Shown: piece by piece, positions 12,079 through 21,984 of the stretch | Layout of the letters: every line of letters starts with the position of its first letter | Numbering within the stretch: position 1 is the stretch's first letter | Origin: Octopus bimaculoides | Taxonomy: Eukaryota | Direction of reading: 5' to 3' | Assembly (NCBI RefSeq): GCF_001194135.2 | Contig: NC_068985.1 | Span: forward strand, 4,431,065 to 4,464,715 | Length of the DNA: 33,651 nt | Program-made: the position numbers and the translations under genes | Notes under the pieces: model-generated | Seen by the model: only the letters and a program-made list of their open reading frames with translations | Told to the model about the DNA's origin: nothing | The model's database searches: none

Positions 12079-13044
12079 NNNNNNNNNNNNNNNNNNNNNN
12101 NNNNNNNNNNNNNNNNNNNNNNNNNNNNNNNNNNNNNNNNNNNNNNNNNNNNNNNNNNNNNNNNNNNNNNNNNNNNNNNNNNNNNNNNNNNNNNNNNNNN
12201 NNNNNNNNNNNNNNNNNNNNNNNNNNNNNNNNNNNNNNNNNNNNNNNNNNNNNNNNNNNNNNNNNNNNNNNNNNNNNNNNNNNNNNNNNNNNNNNNNNNN
12301 NNNNNNNNNNNNNNNNNNNNNNNNNNNNNNNNNNNNNNNNNNNNNNNNNNNNNNNNNNNNNNNNNNNNNNNNNNNNNNNNNNNNNNNNNNNNNNNNNNNN
12401 NNNNNNNNNNNNNNNNNNNNNNNNNNNNNNNNNNNNNNNNNNNNNNNNNNNNNNNNNNNNNNNNNNNNNNNNNNNNNNNNNNNNNNNNNNNNNNNNNNNN
12501 NNNNNNNNNNNNNNNNNNNNNNNNNNNNNNNNNNNNNNNNNNNNNNNNNNNNNNNNNNNNNNNNNNNNNNNNNNNNNNNNNNNNNNNNNNNNNNNNNNNN
12601 NNNNNNNNNNNNNNNNNNNNNNNNNNNNNNNNNNNNNNNNNNNNNNNNNNNNNNNNNNNNNNNNNNNNNNNNNNNNNNNNNNNNNNNNNNNNNNNNNNNN
12701 NNNNNNNNNNNNNNNNNNNNNNNNNNNNNNNNNNNNNNNNNNNNNNNNNNNNNNNNNNNNNNNNNNNNNNNNNNNNNNNNNNNNNNNNNNNNNNNNNNNN
12801 NNNNNNNNNNNNNNNNNNNNNNNNNNNNNNNNNNNNNNNNNNNNNNNNNNNNNNNNNNNNNNNNNNNNNNNNNNNNNNNNNNNNNNNNNNNNNNNNNNNN
12901 NNNNNNNNNNNNNNNNNNNNNNNNNNNNNNNNNNNNNNNNNNNNNNNNNNNNNNNNNNNNNNNNNNNNNNNNNNNNNNNNNNNNNNNNNNNNNNNNNNNN
13001 NNNNNNNNNNNNNNNNNNNNNNNNNNNNNNNNNNNNNNNNNNNN
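12079..13044. other. Assembly gap
   Basis: 966 N; the right edge falls inside a retrotransposon ORF. Confidence 1.
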
Positions 13045-13281
13045 GTATAATTAAAAAATATTCAGACAAATACATAACAAAAACACCAGGACTTACAAAT
13101 ATATATAACATACAGAAAATTGCACTACTGGGCACTGCACACATCCTACGCAAAACACTTTCAATACAGTAACAATAAGAGCATCACAGCAAACCACAAC
13201 ACATACCCAAGGCACACAGAGCTGCGCTCGGTAGTGAAGTGAAAGCACGTTATAAAAATAAAACTACTGAACAACAACAAC

Positions 13282-13283
<2 letters not shown>
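13045..13283 (+). mobile_element. 3' end of R4/Dong-like RLE non-LTR retrotransposon, variant A
   Basis: 13047-13172 translates IIKKYSDKYITKTPGLTNIYNIQKIALLGTAHILRKTLSIQ*; 3'UTR ends in (CAA)n then (TAA)n. Confidence 0.8.

Positions 13284-13323
<40 letters not shown>
13284..13323 (+). repeat. (TAA)n tract
   Basis: Direct inspection. Confidence 1.
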
Positions 13324-13325
<2 letters not shown>

Positions 13326-13643
13326 CGATTTTATAGTGGGAAATAAGATAACGATTTAAAGTGGGAAATACGAAGGTTGTGGTCAATGAAGAGAGTAGAT
13401 GTCATACCAAGAGTAATTGATGCACTTGGAAGTATCAGTACTTAACTACCAGCATGGCTGGAAAAAAGATTGGTGCAAATGTGAAGATAGAACACCTACA
13501 AAAGTTAGCATTGCTTGGAACTGCAAACATTCTATACAGGGTTTTTGAAGCATGACCAGTAAAGAAGTGTCACCTTAGGCTGCTGGTTGTGGACAGCTGA
13601 AATTTTCCATCATACCCAGCAAAATATGCAGTGAGTTTTCATA
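13324..13643 (+). mobile_element. 5'-truncated R4/Dong-like element, variant B
   Basis: DLKWEIRRLWSMKRVDVIPRVIDALGSIST*LPAWLE / KIGANVKIEHLQKLALLGTANILYRVFEA* (stop 13553-13555); ~20-bp duplication at the 5' junction; (TAA)n on both sides. Confidence 0.85.
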
Positions 13644-13656
13644 TAATAATAATAAT

Positions 13657-13897
13657 ATGAAGAAGGTGAATATAATGTCAATTATTGCTGGGTCTTTGGA
13701 AACAGTATCAGAAGATATCAAGAAGAATATAAAGGAAATTGGAGTAGATTTGCCCAGTGGAATTGTTACAAAAGGTTTGCCTCCTTGTCACGGCCAGAAT
13801 AATCAGGAAAGTATTAGATAAGTGAAAAGAATGGATAGCATGGTACCGTAGGCGGCAGGTAGTAAGCCCGCTGCGCATTCAAGACTCCAGGGGCTCC
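13657..13897 (+). mobile_element. 5'-truncated R4/Dong-like element, variant C
   Basis: MKKVNIMSIIAGSLETVSEDIKKNIKEIGVDLP / QKVCLLVTARIIRKVLDK*; 3'UTR matches 16888-16985 (minus) and 19898-19987. Confidence 0.85.
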
Positions 13898-15214
13898 AAC
13901 AACAACAACAATGATGGTAAAAAAAAGCATATGAGTTGTTACAAAAAGTAAAAGTTAATTTAAACTGATACAGAAACGGCAAAAAAGTTCTATAATCAAA
14001 TTCCTTCCCTTTCTTTTTCCTTTCTCAAAGTTTTAGGACTTTTAATAACGTACGAAACTATTATTGATAACAGCAACTTGTCAGAAACGTCACAGATTAA
14101 ATTCGTTTCGTTAGATTAAAAAATATAAGCAACCAGTTGTTGATTTTGTTTGTTTCTTTTTGGCGCATAACTATAATGAAAAGCATTTCAGTCAATACTA
14201 TTTCAACTTTTTTCAGATTTAATATTTCTTGGACAATATTATCTAATGTGTTCTTTCTTGAAACGGCAAGGTGGAAGTTGGTAGAAAATTGGCTGCTATT
14301 ACTTGTAGGTTGCGCGGCTAACTGATGCTCCCCCATAACTCGTATAAATACCAGTTACGTACTTTAGATTCGAATCAATTAATTGAACACATCCACACCA
14401 CAGAAAGCTTTGTAGTTAATTAAATAGGACGTTAATTGCCGACTTAATAAAAGTATTCAACAGGCTAGTCTTGAATTTAAATCGGCTTTTGGCATTTTAC
14501 AGTCTTTTATTTTTCATTATCGCTCTTCAGTTAGCTGCCAGGAATAGCTATGGCAAGAAGATCAATAGCGCTGACCATCCAATGATGCATCCTCTCATCG
14601 TCAGTACATACACAATTGACTCAATCAAATCAGCGACTCGCTAATAATAAATACTTATTTATTAACAACAAAGGACAATGTATTTGCAGAAACACAAGAT
14701 CAGACGACTTAGTTTTCTTCTTCTACATTCTGTGATCAAAGCACCCCTCCCCCACGATCGAATTTAATTTTCATCTCTCAAGTCGATATAATAAGTAAGT
14801 AGATTCAATCTTTGTAGATTTCTTGTCTTGAACCAATATCTGAGATCAATGGAGCTGGCTATTCTCCGCGGCAATTCTCCGCAGCAACGCCATTGCAATC
14901 GTGTACACGAGGTGCGGCTGGACACGCCATTTGTTCTGGGGAGTACAACCAGTTATTCCCCACCATCTTCTGCTGTTTAATTCCCCACCCGCTTTTTTTT
15001 ACTTTTTCTTTGGGTTTTTTTTTGGTGAGGTAATTATGTTTTCTCGATAATTTGATCTTTATTTCTTTTTCTTTTCTTTTCTTCTTATAAAATGTTGTTA
15101 ATAAAAAGTTGTCATTATATCACATACAACTGCTTATTAGAGACAAGGCTAATCACAATGGGCGCTGGAGTGTGCAGTCGACTTGATGGTTCTGACGCCA
15201 TGAAACAGCTGTTG

Positions 15215-15282
15215 AGAGTTGTTGTTGTTATTGTTGTTGCTGTTGCTGTTGTTGTTGTTGTTGTTGGTAGTGGTGGTGGTGG

Positions 15283-15313
<31 letters not shown>

Positions 15314-15318
15314 GGTGG
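15215..15318 (+). repeat. (GTT)n grading into (GGT)n
   Basis: Direct inspection; probably the tail of the minus-strand repeat at 15546-15742. Confidence 0.9.
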
Positions 15319-15322
15319 TTAA

Positions 15323-15541
15323 CCCTTAGCAGTCAAACTGGCCATTTGAGGCCCAAAGATTCTACCATTTTTATATTCACACCAGCCAGATCTGGTCTCT
15401 CACACCTACCCTACAATGTCGTTCTAAAAATAAACAATCACATTTTCAAAATCTCAGAGCTGTGAGAAAATGCGTGATGAATTCAAACCAATGTGGATGA
15501 ACAAACATTACATTTGACAGAATAATGTGAATGTGAAAGGG
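15323..15541. mobile_element. piggyBac-type MITE (219 bp)
   Basis: TTAA at 15319-15322 and 15542-15545; termini CCCTTAGCAGTCA and TGAATGTGAAAGGG (reverse complement CCCTTTCACATTCA). Confidence 0.85.
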
Positions 15542-15545
15542 TTAA

Positions 15546-15742
15546 ACTCAGGTCAGCTCTGATCGAGTACACTCAAGGTCCAGGCACTTCAGCCGTGACC
15601 ATCTCACCAATTATCTAAACAAAACAAAATGTCTCTAGAAGTCGATTATACAGTATGTCCTTTTTAAAACATTAGGTTCTAATTTAAGGGCTGTTTGGTT
15701 GTTATTTCTAACAGGTGAGGTGAGCACGTGGAGACTCCCTCT
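15546..15742 (-). repeat. Copy of the (CAA)n-tailed dispersed repeat
   Basis: CAGGTCAGCTCTGATCGAG..CAGCCGTGACCATC...TTTGGTTGTTATTTCTAACAGGT..ACGTGGAGACTCCCTC is the reverse complement of the family. Confidence 0.75.
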
Positions 15743-16024
15743 TTCGGTTCATTATGCTTTAAGTTAGTCAGAACATGCGACGCGGTACTGACGAAATTTG
15801 CAGACTGACAAGATTAATGCCGTACAAGGAATTCATCCATCACAACTTGAGTTGAAGACGTTAACGAACATTTAGCTTGTCTCAGCCTCAAATCTAATTA
15901 AAGAATGTTAATAACATACGGCAGACGTTCACTTGACCGAAGCAATGAAGCAAAGGATTCGATGTGTTTAAATACTGGATGGATAGCATACATCGACAGG
16001 TATAGTCGATATTCTTTTATTTCT

Positions 16025-16330
16025 CCATTTGTTTCAGGAGACCATCCGCAGCCATACTGGAGCACCACCTTGAAGTTTTTAGTTGATCATATATCTTTCA
16101 GTAATTATTTTAAAGCTTGCTAATTAGCTCATTAATCTCTAATTGTTAGGGGACAATAGCAGAAATCATCGTCTTATGAGCTGTGTCATCGAAAAACAGA
16201 CGTCGAGACGGCACACACTCATATATATATATATATACTTACATAAATACACACATACATACATACACACACATACATACATATATACATACATACATGC
16301 ATGCATGCATGCATACATACATACATACAT

Positions 16331-16367
<37 letters not shown>

Positions 16368-16590
16368 TACATATGCCTGTGCGTGTCTTTGTATCTGTGT
16401 TTGTCCTATTATTGCCTGTTGGTAGGTTTACGTCCCCGTAACTTAGTAGTTTGTCAAAAGAGAATAATAGAATAAGTAGCAGATTTTTTTTTTTAAATTA
16501 AGTATTGGGGTCGATTTATTCTATTGAAATTCTTCAAGACGGTGCCCCAGTATGGCCGCAACCTAGTGACTGAAACAAATTAAACATATT
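16025..16590. mobile_element. Two SINE family C tails diverging from a shared microsatellite (minus ~16025-16215; plus ~16385-16590)
   Basis: GCAGCCATACTGGAGCACCACCTTGAAG on the left; TTTACGTCCCCGTAACTTAG...GGTGCCCCAGTATGGCCGCA..TGACTGAAACAA on the right; (TA)/(TACA)/(CA) between. Confidence 0.75.
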
Positions 16591-16887
16591 ACAAAACAAT
16601 TCAGTTAATGTTAACGTATTTAATACAGTGAAAGTTTAATTGTTAATTAGTAATTCTTGCGTGATGAACAATAAACAATATCAATGAGAGATATTATTTT
16701 AATTATCTCGACAACCAATTGGAATAATTAAAATAGAACCAGTCATTAAGTAATCTCGTTTTTCTTCTCCTTTGCAGTAGAATTATCACTAGTTAAGATT
16801 ATAATGTTTACGTCATTAAAAATTTTAACTCTGACCATTAAATATCATCGGAATATTTAAAATCAGAAATTATTATTATTATTATTA

Positions 16888-17094
16888 TCTCTTTATCACA
16901 GATTTTCTTGGAGCTCCTGGAGTTTTTCGTGCATAGCGGGCTTGCTACCTACAGCCTACGGTGCCATGCTATTCGCTCTTTTCAGCTATCTAAGACTTTT
17001 CTGGTTATTCTGTCAGTTCCAAGGAGGTAAACCCTTTTTGTAATAGTACTACTGGGCACTCTATTCCAATTTCCTTTATATTCTTTTTGATGCC
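16888..17094 (-). mobile_element. 5'-truncated R4/Dong-like element, variant C, inside a (TAA)n tract
   Basis: Minus strand GIKKNIKEIGIECPVVLLQK / VYLLGTDRITRKVLDS* plus variant-C 3'UTR; (TTA)n at 16870-16887 and 17095-17119. Confidence 0.9.
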
Positions 17095-17125
17095 TATTAT
17101 TATTATTATTATTATTATTCCTTTG

Positions 17126-17725
17126 AAGGTGGCGAGCTGGCAGAAACGTCAGGACGCCGGGCAAAATGCTAAGCAGTATTTCGTCTGCCGCTACGTTCTG
17201 AGTTCAAATTTCGCCAAGGTCGACTTTGCCTTTCATCCTTTCGGGGTCTTTTTTTGTCCCCTCTATGTTTAGCCCCTTGTGGGCAATAAAGAAATAAGAA
17301 ACGTTAGCACGCCCGGCGAAATGCTTATCGGTATTTCGCCCATCGTTATGCCCTGAGTTCAAATTCCACAGAAGTCGACTTTGCCTTTCATCCTTTCGGG
17401 GTCGATAAATTAAGTACCACTGAAACACTGGAGTCGATGTAATCGACTTATCCCACCACCCAAAATGGCTGCCCTTGTAGCAAAATTTGAAACCATTATG
17501 ATTGTTATTATTAAGGCGGCGAACTAGCAAAATCGTAAGCACGTCGGACGAAATGCTAAGCGGCATTTTGTCCGTCTTTACGTTCTGACTTCAAATTCCG
17601 CCGAGGTCGACTTTACATTTCACTCATCAGGATCGATAAAATAAATACCAGTGAAACACTGGGATCGATGTAATCGACTTACTCTTTCCACCGAAATTAT
17701 TAGCCTTCTGCCAAAATTTGAAACC
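17126..17725 (+). mobile_element. Three tandem SINE family M copies (~17126-17296, ~17297-17494, ~17513-17725)
   Basis: Each has GAGTTCAAATT..GTCGACTTT; first has an alternative tail TTTGTCCCCTCTATGTTTAGCCCCTTGTGGGCAATAAAG; second ends AAACC plus an (ATT)n-like tract. Confidence 0.9.
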
Positions 17726-18319
17726 AACACAGTAATTTAACTGCTGTTTTACATGCACTTGACGTCTCTACGATATTAAAATCGAAATGATGACAGAGGC
17801 AGTCGACATCACTGAAATTTGAAGGCGGAATGTAGACTGGTATTTCTATGGACTGCAAGACAACTGGTGCTGCAACCAGCTGACTCTACAATCCACCTCT
17901 TGCGAAATTTATTTTAACTTCACCCCCCCCCCCCCAACAACAACAACAGCAACAGCAACACCATAGCCAACATCACCACCATAAATTTTCATATATATAA
18001 ACCCGTATAACTTACTTTATAACCATGTTAAGCTTCATCACAAAGCAACAAATTGTGGGAACATAAACTACTATATCTAGCCGGGAATTTCACCTCGGCT
18101 TAGTTTCTCGACTCTGAAATGATCAAAGACAAATTTGCCCCTGGCTGTATTTGACGCTCAGAAAATACAGATGCTATCTCTGACAACAAATATATATATA
18201 TTTATTTCATATCCTCCTTTTCATCAGATATCTATTTTTATAATCTCTATAGAGTATCTTGCTGACAACAACATTAATACAACAAAAATAATAATTATTA
18301 TAATGATAATAATAATAAT

Positions 18320-18524
18320 GGTTTCAAATTTTGGCAAAAAGGCCAGCAACTTCAGGGGAGATGCAAGACGGTTATATTGACCCCAATATGCTATTGGTAC
18401 TTATTTTATCGTCTCCTAAAGGAAGAAAGGCAAAGTCGACCTCGGCGGGATTTGAACTCAGAACGTAAAAATGGACGAAATGCCGTTAAGCATTTTGTCC
18501 GGCGTTCTAATCACCCTGGCAGCT
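18320..18524 (-). mobile_element. SINE family M with (ATT)n tail
   Basis: GGCAAAGTCGACCTCGGCGGGATTTGAACTCAGAACGTAAA; (TAA)n-like tract 18287-18319 at its 3' end. Confidence 0.9.
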
Positions 18525-18526
18525 AG

Positions 18527-18901
18527 TCTGTGACAAAGCAACCTTGGAAAAAGGAAAACTAGTTAACAGTAACAATATCACACAAGATAAAGCAAATGAA
18601 ATAAGAGAATTAGACCAAAGCCAGACATACAAATACTTAGGAATCAATGAACTAGACACAATACAACACACACAAATGAAAAAGAAGATAAGAAAAGAAT
18701 ACCAAAGACGAGTTAGAGTAATACTGAAAAGAGAGCTCAATGCGAAAAACACGATGATAGGTAACAACACTATATCCGTCCCAGTTTAAGTTACAGCTAC
18801 AATATTCTTGACTGGACTCTAAATGAACTAATCAAAACAGGAAAACACGAAAAGTAATGACAGGATTTTGGATGCACCACCCAAAACCTGACATAGAAAG
18901 G

Positions 18902-18948
<47 letters not shown>

Positions 18949-19897
18949 ACTTATGGAAGGTTGTAGAGGCCTCATACAGTTAGAAAACTATTATAAAATA
19001 ACCATCATAGGATGACAGAAATACCGAATTCGGAAGCAAGGAAAACTAATACAAATAGCCACAAAACATAAGTAAAACAAAAATTGTTTTCAGTCTTTAA
19101 GGAAGCTGACAAATACAAACAAGAAGTCATAGTATCTAACAACTATGAAGAAAAAAATGAAACAACATAACAAAAGCTGTAGAAACAACAAAACAAAAAA
19201 ACAACAAAAGCTGTAGAACAACTGGAATCGAAACTAAAACTATAACAGCAACGGATCATGGTAAACCGATGGCAAGAAAAGCCCCTTGATGGCAAATATT
19301 GGGTTAAGCTAAACAGAAAAGAAATAGACAAAGCAAAATCCCAACATTGGGTGATAAGCTCAGGACTCAGAGCAGAGACTGAAGGATTTTTAACTGCAGC
19401 ACAAGATCAAAGCCTTCCCACCAGAAATCGCCAGAAACACATAATGAAAAAAAATACAAGTAACTGTAGAAAATGTGTTGATGGAGAAGAGACAATAAAT
19501 CATATTGTCTCTGGCTGCCCAGTCCTGGCTAAGAAGGAATATATTCACAGACACGACAGAGTTGGGACCTATATACACTGGAAGCTATGCCAACACTATG
19601 GAACGACAACAGAAAAAAGATGGTATAAACACACGCCAGAAAAGGTCACAGAAAACGAGAAAGCAACCATACTCTGGGATATGCTAATACACACAGATAG
19701 AGAAATCATGGTTAATAGACTGGATATAGTTGTCAGAGATCACCAAGAGAAAAATGCCTTCTAATTGATGTATCAATCCCAGCAGATTACAACGTATCTC
19801 CAAAAGAAACTGAAAAACTCGCAAAATGCAAAGATCTGGAAATAGAGGTAACCTGAATGTGGAGCCTAAAAGACAGAAACAACCCTTATAATGATAG
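18527..19897 (+). pseudogene. Decayed pol ORF of an R4/Dong-like non-LTR retrotransposon (RT C-terminus, CCHC knuckle, RLE endonuclease), 5'-truncated
   Basis: YKYLG (18628-18642), MHHPK..DIERLY..GCRGL, CRKC..EETINHIVSGC (from 19465), RHD (19549-19557), NR(L)DIVVRD / LIDVSIP..KETEKLAKCKDLEIEVT; several stops and frameshifts. Confidence 0.9.
18903..18946 (+). repeat. (TA)n inside the retrotransposon ORF
   Basis: Direct inspection. Confidence 1.
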
Positions 19898-19985
19898 GTG
19901 GATAGCATAGTGCCGTTGGCTGCAGGTAGCAAACCCGTTACACATGTAACACTCAGGAGCTCCAACAAAATCCGTGATAAAGAGA

Positions 19986-19987
<2 letters not shown>
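19898..19987 (+). mobile_element. Variant-C R4/Dong-like 3'UTR
   Basis: GGATAGCATAGTGCCGTTGGCTGCAGGTAGCAAACCCG...GGAGCTCCAACAAAATCCGTGATAAAGAGA matches 13833-13897 and 16888-16975 (minus). Confidence 0.85.

Positions 19988-20062
<75 letters not shown>
19988..20062 (+). repeat. (TAA)25 tract
   Basis: Direct inspection. Confidence 1.
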
Positions 20063-20064
<2 letters not shown>

Positions 20065-20260
20065 TCTCAAATTTTAAAACAAACACATAATTTTCTTATG
20101 GTTTCTTAAACATTCCCTAGAACAACACTATGTACAAATCCAAATATATGGTATCCTAGGCATAACACCTACATGAACTTCTAACTTGTTGTCTCTTGAG
20201 GTCTCTGGGTGAGACATGGATCCAACTTGTACAAATGCAAAGCAAAAGTCAAACATAAAA
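20063..20260 (+). mobile_element. Probable R4/Dong-like 3'UTR fragment, variant D
   Basis: Bounded by (TAA)n on both sides; contains GAGGTCTCTGGGTGAGAC resembling the shared 3'UTR motif; no ORF remnant. Confidence 0.55.
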
Positions 20261-20272
20261 TAATAATAATAA

Positions 20273-20671
20273 TGCAAAAAAGAAAATCAAAATTATTTAA
20301 GAATGATCCACGATCAAAAGAGGGACTGGAAATTATTTAGGGAAAATCCCTGGCTTACCATCCATGCAGGAAGTGCAGAAGATTGTCTTAACTGGTAACT
20401 GGTCACATGTATTGAGAAGAGCATTGTCACCGTGAATTTTCTCTTTCCCTTTTTCCCCCTTTATCTTCTTTATTTACTTTTAAATCTTTTTTTTTTCCCC
20501 TTTTTCTGTGTTTCTTCCCCTTTTTCTCTGTCACATAACTTTGTAAATAAACAATCTGGTGTATTCATTTTAATGGCCTACCAATGTATACAATGCGTTT
20601 CTCTGCCCTAGGTCTCAGGAAGACACTCGGCAAGAAATGGAAACAGAATTGAAACAAAATGCCAATGAAAA
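20273..20671 (+). mobile_element. 5'-truncated R4/Dong-like element, variant E
   Basis: 20334-20435 translates YLGKIPGLPSMQEVQKIVLTGNWSHVLRRALSP*; 3'UTR motif CCCTAGGTCTCAGGAAGACACTCGG; ends in (TAA)3. Confidence 0.8.
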
Positions 20672-21204
20672 TAATAATAATATATTCGGAAGAAAGAAAA
20701 ATTCGATTAGGATTTAAGTTGCGTCAATATGATATCACTAAATAGATTTTATTATTCTAATTTATCTTAATATCAATAAAGTAATTTAGTTTAGCAGCAA
20801 CAAGAAAGTGCTGCTTCAGCAGTGAAATAAGTGAGTGTATATATGGAAGTGAATGGTGTAGTTATATTAACATCCACAGCATGTTATCCCGTAGCGAAAC
20901 CTGTGTTCTCTCTCTAAGTATATCGGTCTTCTACACGGTGTAAGTCTGTGCCAGTCTGACTTCTATTTCTGTGATTCGAGTATACACTTGTTTCTCTAGA
21001 GATATTTCTTCTCTGCTTGCTGTTATTCATAGAAACATGAACTCACGACATAACGAGGAAGCACAAACGTCTACAGACTACAATGGTTTCCTGTGAAATT
21101 AGTTGCAGTTTTACCATTTCCCTCGTACCGTCTTTTATCGTCAATGTTTATTGATCTTCTTCGTTTACATTTTCACCCTCTCCTTCTAGTTTTTTTCCAT
21201 GATA

Positions 21205-21234
21205 TACACACGCGCACACAGGCACACACACACA

Positions 21235-21297
<63 letters not shown>

Positions 21298-21433
21298 GTA
21301 CGTATGTATGTGTGTATGTATGTATGTATATATATATATGTATATGTATGTATATATGTATTTATGTGTGTATATACATATATGTATGTATGTATGTGTA
21401 TGTGTGTGTATACACACATAGATGTGTATAAAG

Positions 21434-21480
<47 letters not shown>

Positions 21481-21499
21481 TTAGATAGGCAGACAGACA

Positions 21500-21548
<49 letters not shown>

Positions 21549-21552
21549 AGAG
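21205..21552 (+). repeat. Compound microsatellite (CA)-(TA)-(TATG)-(TAGA)-(CAGA)-(CAGG)
   Basis: Direct inspection. Confidence 1.
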
Positions 21553-21984
21553 ACAGATAGCATCACTTCACACTTTTCACCTATCGCAATGTTCGCTGAA
21601 ATACTTGGATTCGTCAAACAGTTCACAGTTGAAGATAAGATGTTAAACCTCCATCAGAATTATTTATTCTCAACATTAACAAATGCGAAATATAAAGAAC
21701 GATGCGGAAAGAGAGTTGCTGGAGCTTAGTGAAGTTCAACACAGGAAGCGAGAGATTCTTTATCGATCATTTGCCCTGATTTTGTGATTGACTATCACTC
21801 AAAATCGATCACTATTATCCATCAAGTGAACGCATATACATAATTTCTTTTTAAAGTCGAGTGACTAATCTACGCAAGAGTATTAATAGATGTATATATT
21901 ATAAATGACGCCGGCCGCCTCTATAGTTATTCTATTCTATTGTAGCAATTCATCATAGACCAGTAAAACATGGTTTTATGACAG

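Noticed and set aside
13045-13912. CRISPR-like appearance (unique segments between repeats)
   Set aside because: Repeats are simple (TAA)n, spacers are 240-320-bp retrotransposon ends, no cas genes, eukaryotic context
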